A stretch of 64,000 nt of DNA from Psammoneis japonica (taxonomy: Eukaryota), in contig QPGO01000128.1 in the NCBI GenBank assembly GCA_008632985.1, forward strand, positions 62,001 through 126,000. Reading direction: 5' to 3'. The translations under genes and the position numbers were made by a program. Each line of letters opens with the position of its first letter. Within the stretch, counting starts at the first letter, position 1. Positions 62,520 to 64,000 of the stretch are shown here, piece by piece. Below the pieces are notes generated by a model that did not search any database, was not told where the DNA came from, and saw only the letters and a list, made by a program, of their open reading frames with translations.

Positions 62520-64000
62520 GGGAAATTTAGTGCGTTTGAAACTTGCAAGTTTGGAGGATCCTGAAACATGGAACCAGGAAGTTAGACACAAGACGTTGTC
62601 GATGTTTGGAACTCCTGTTGTGCAAAAGAACAATCGAGCATCAAGTCGATCCGAGTGGCGCCAATGAGCGTCTCTGCATCGAAGAAAAAAAAAGACTTCG
62701 GTGCACGCATCGTTGGGGCTCGAGACTTGGCCTGTTTTGGAATTGAACACTGAGAAAAGCTTGCAGCAGTCGTTAGAGTTGCTGTGAGTCACAACAACCG
62801 CCAACAGATGTGGACAAATGGACTTCCTTTTGTCTCGCCCTTTGCCGGCATCGAATTGATTGAGATGTGTCGTCCTTTGCGGGTGCGCGGTGCAGTGCCG
62901 CGTGCCGCCGCGACACTGCACATGGCGCAGACAGCAGCAAGTGGGCCGCTCCGAAAAAGCACAGAGCTCCGAAGGGCGAATGGAATCCTGTGTTTCATCC
63001 CAAACCACCATGACGTTCAGCGCCCATGATGGCTCAATTGTTGCCACCTTTTGGTGACAAGAACAACCTTTGTGGAAGAGAAGCAATTGATTTGGTCTCA
63101 CGCAGGTGTCACCTCGGCAACATGAAACATGCTCAGGGTCTGTGTCCCCATCTCCTTGCCAGCTTTTCCTTGTTGGATTGGCTTGCTTTTGCAGCCACTC
63201 TTCATTGCCACATGATCAGCATGCTGGCACTTGCCACCACTGTCTTTTGTTGCCAAGCAGCTGCAGCCTGCAGCTTGCCTCCATTTTCTTTCACAGTCTT
63301 TGGTGCTGCGACTTCCAAGCACATGGCTTGACATTGTTTGATCTGGGGTGCTTGTTTTGACAAAGTGACTTGACACATGCAACCCCAAAGCCACAAACTT
63401 CCATTTGATGCAAGCTTGGCATGATCAGCACTGTGCAGGTTGAGTGACTCTATCATGCTTGAAGGGGTGCCAGCTTGACAGAGGATGCTTGCACAGAGCA
63501 CGCTCCTCACTTTGTTCTTTTTTGCAACTTCAAACCACGCTCCAACTCATCTTGAGCTGCACGTCCAAAGTGATTGGCTGAGTGCAAAGTCCTGCTTGCC
63601 AGGTGCACTTTCAAGTGCCAACTTGTTGTGCCAAAAAGGAAGAGTGAGCTTGTGCACTTACAGCACTGCTTGACAATTTGCAGCTTTCAATGCTTTGGCA
63701 CTCTTGCTGCCCATCTGCCACAAAAGAAAGTTCTTGACATTCTTGTGAAACTCAGTTTTTTGTCATGGCAGTGAATGCCCAGCCAACATGCTGTTTAGTG
63801 GTGGGTCAGATGAGGCAAAAGTTCTTGTCTTGTCTCTCATCCTGCACTGCTTCTGCACACACCTTCTTGCACTGACCAAGTGCTGCAACAACAAGACCAG
63901 CTCCGCTGTGCTTGGGACCAGCTGTTCCTTGCAGTGGTTGAGCAAACCAAGGCTCACAACCTTGTTTTGGCTGCTTGCAAAGCTCAATGCTGGCATTGAC
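62520..64000. other. TpA-depleted block running off the window end
   Basis: TpA nearly absent; CpG retained to ~63020 and rare after. Confidence 0.9.

Noticed and set aside
17823..64000. Numerous short Cys/His/Trp-rich ORFs in TpA-free blocks as real genes
   Set aside because: Explained by loss of TAA/TAG; overlap in all six frames; no coherent motifs apart from the relics listed.

Overview
Eukaryotic nuclear DNA, almost certainly from a pennate diatom (silicanin-family genes, plastid-targeted one-helix LHC-like protein, GABA-B-like GPCR, short GT-AG introns). About a dozen intact genes with normal dinucleotide content alternate with sharply bounded blocks (roughly 28 kb in total) almost devoid of TpA and, in the oldest blocks, also of CpG; these blocks contain decayed transposons, duplicated segments and pseudogenes. 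A 3175-bp tandem duplication (20730-27081) shows the cause directly: by manual alignment about 58 of 82 TpA sites in the downstream copy have become TpG or CpA (A-to-G on one strand, preferring 5'-TAY-3'), with few other changes. This looks like a repeat/heterochromatin-directed A:T-to-G:C hypermutation system, opposite in direction to fungal RIP, which I do not recognise as a described pathway. The responsible enzyme is not identifiable in this window, and a base-calling artefact must be excluded with independent reads. Also present: a three-level nested DNA transposon stack, a decayed two-ORF Mutator/Kolobok-like element, and an ERMARD-like protein with a DENR-type zinc motif. All counts are by eye; no database searches were run.
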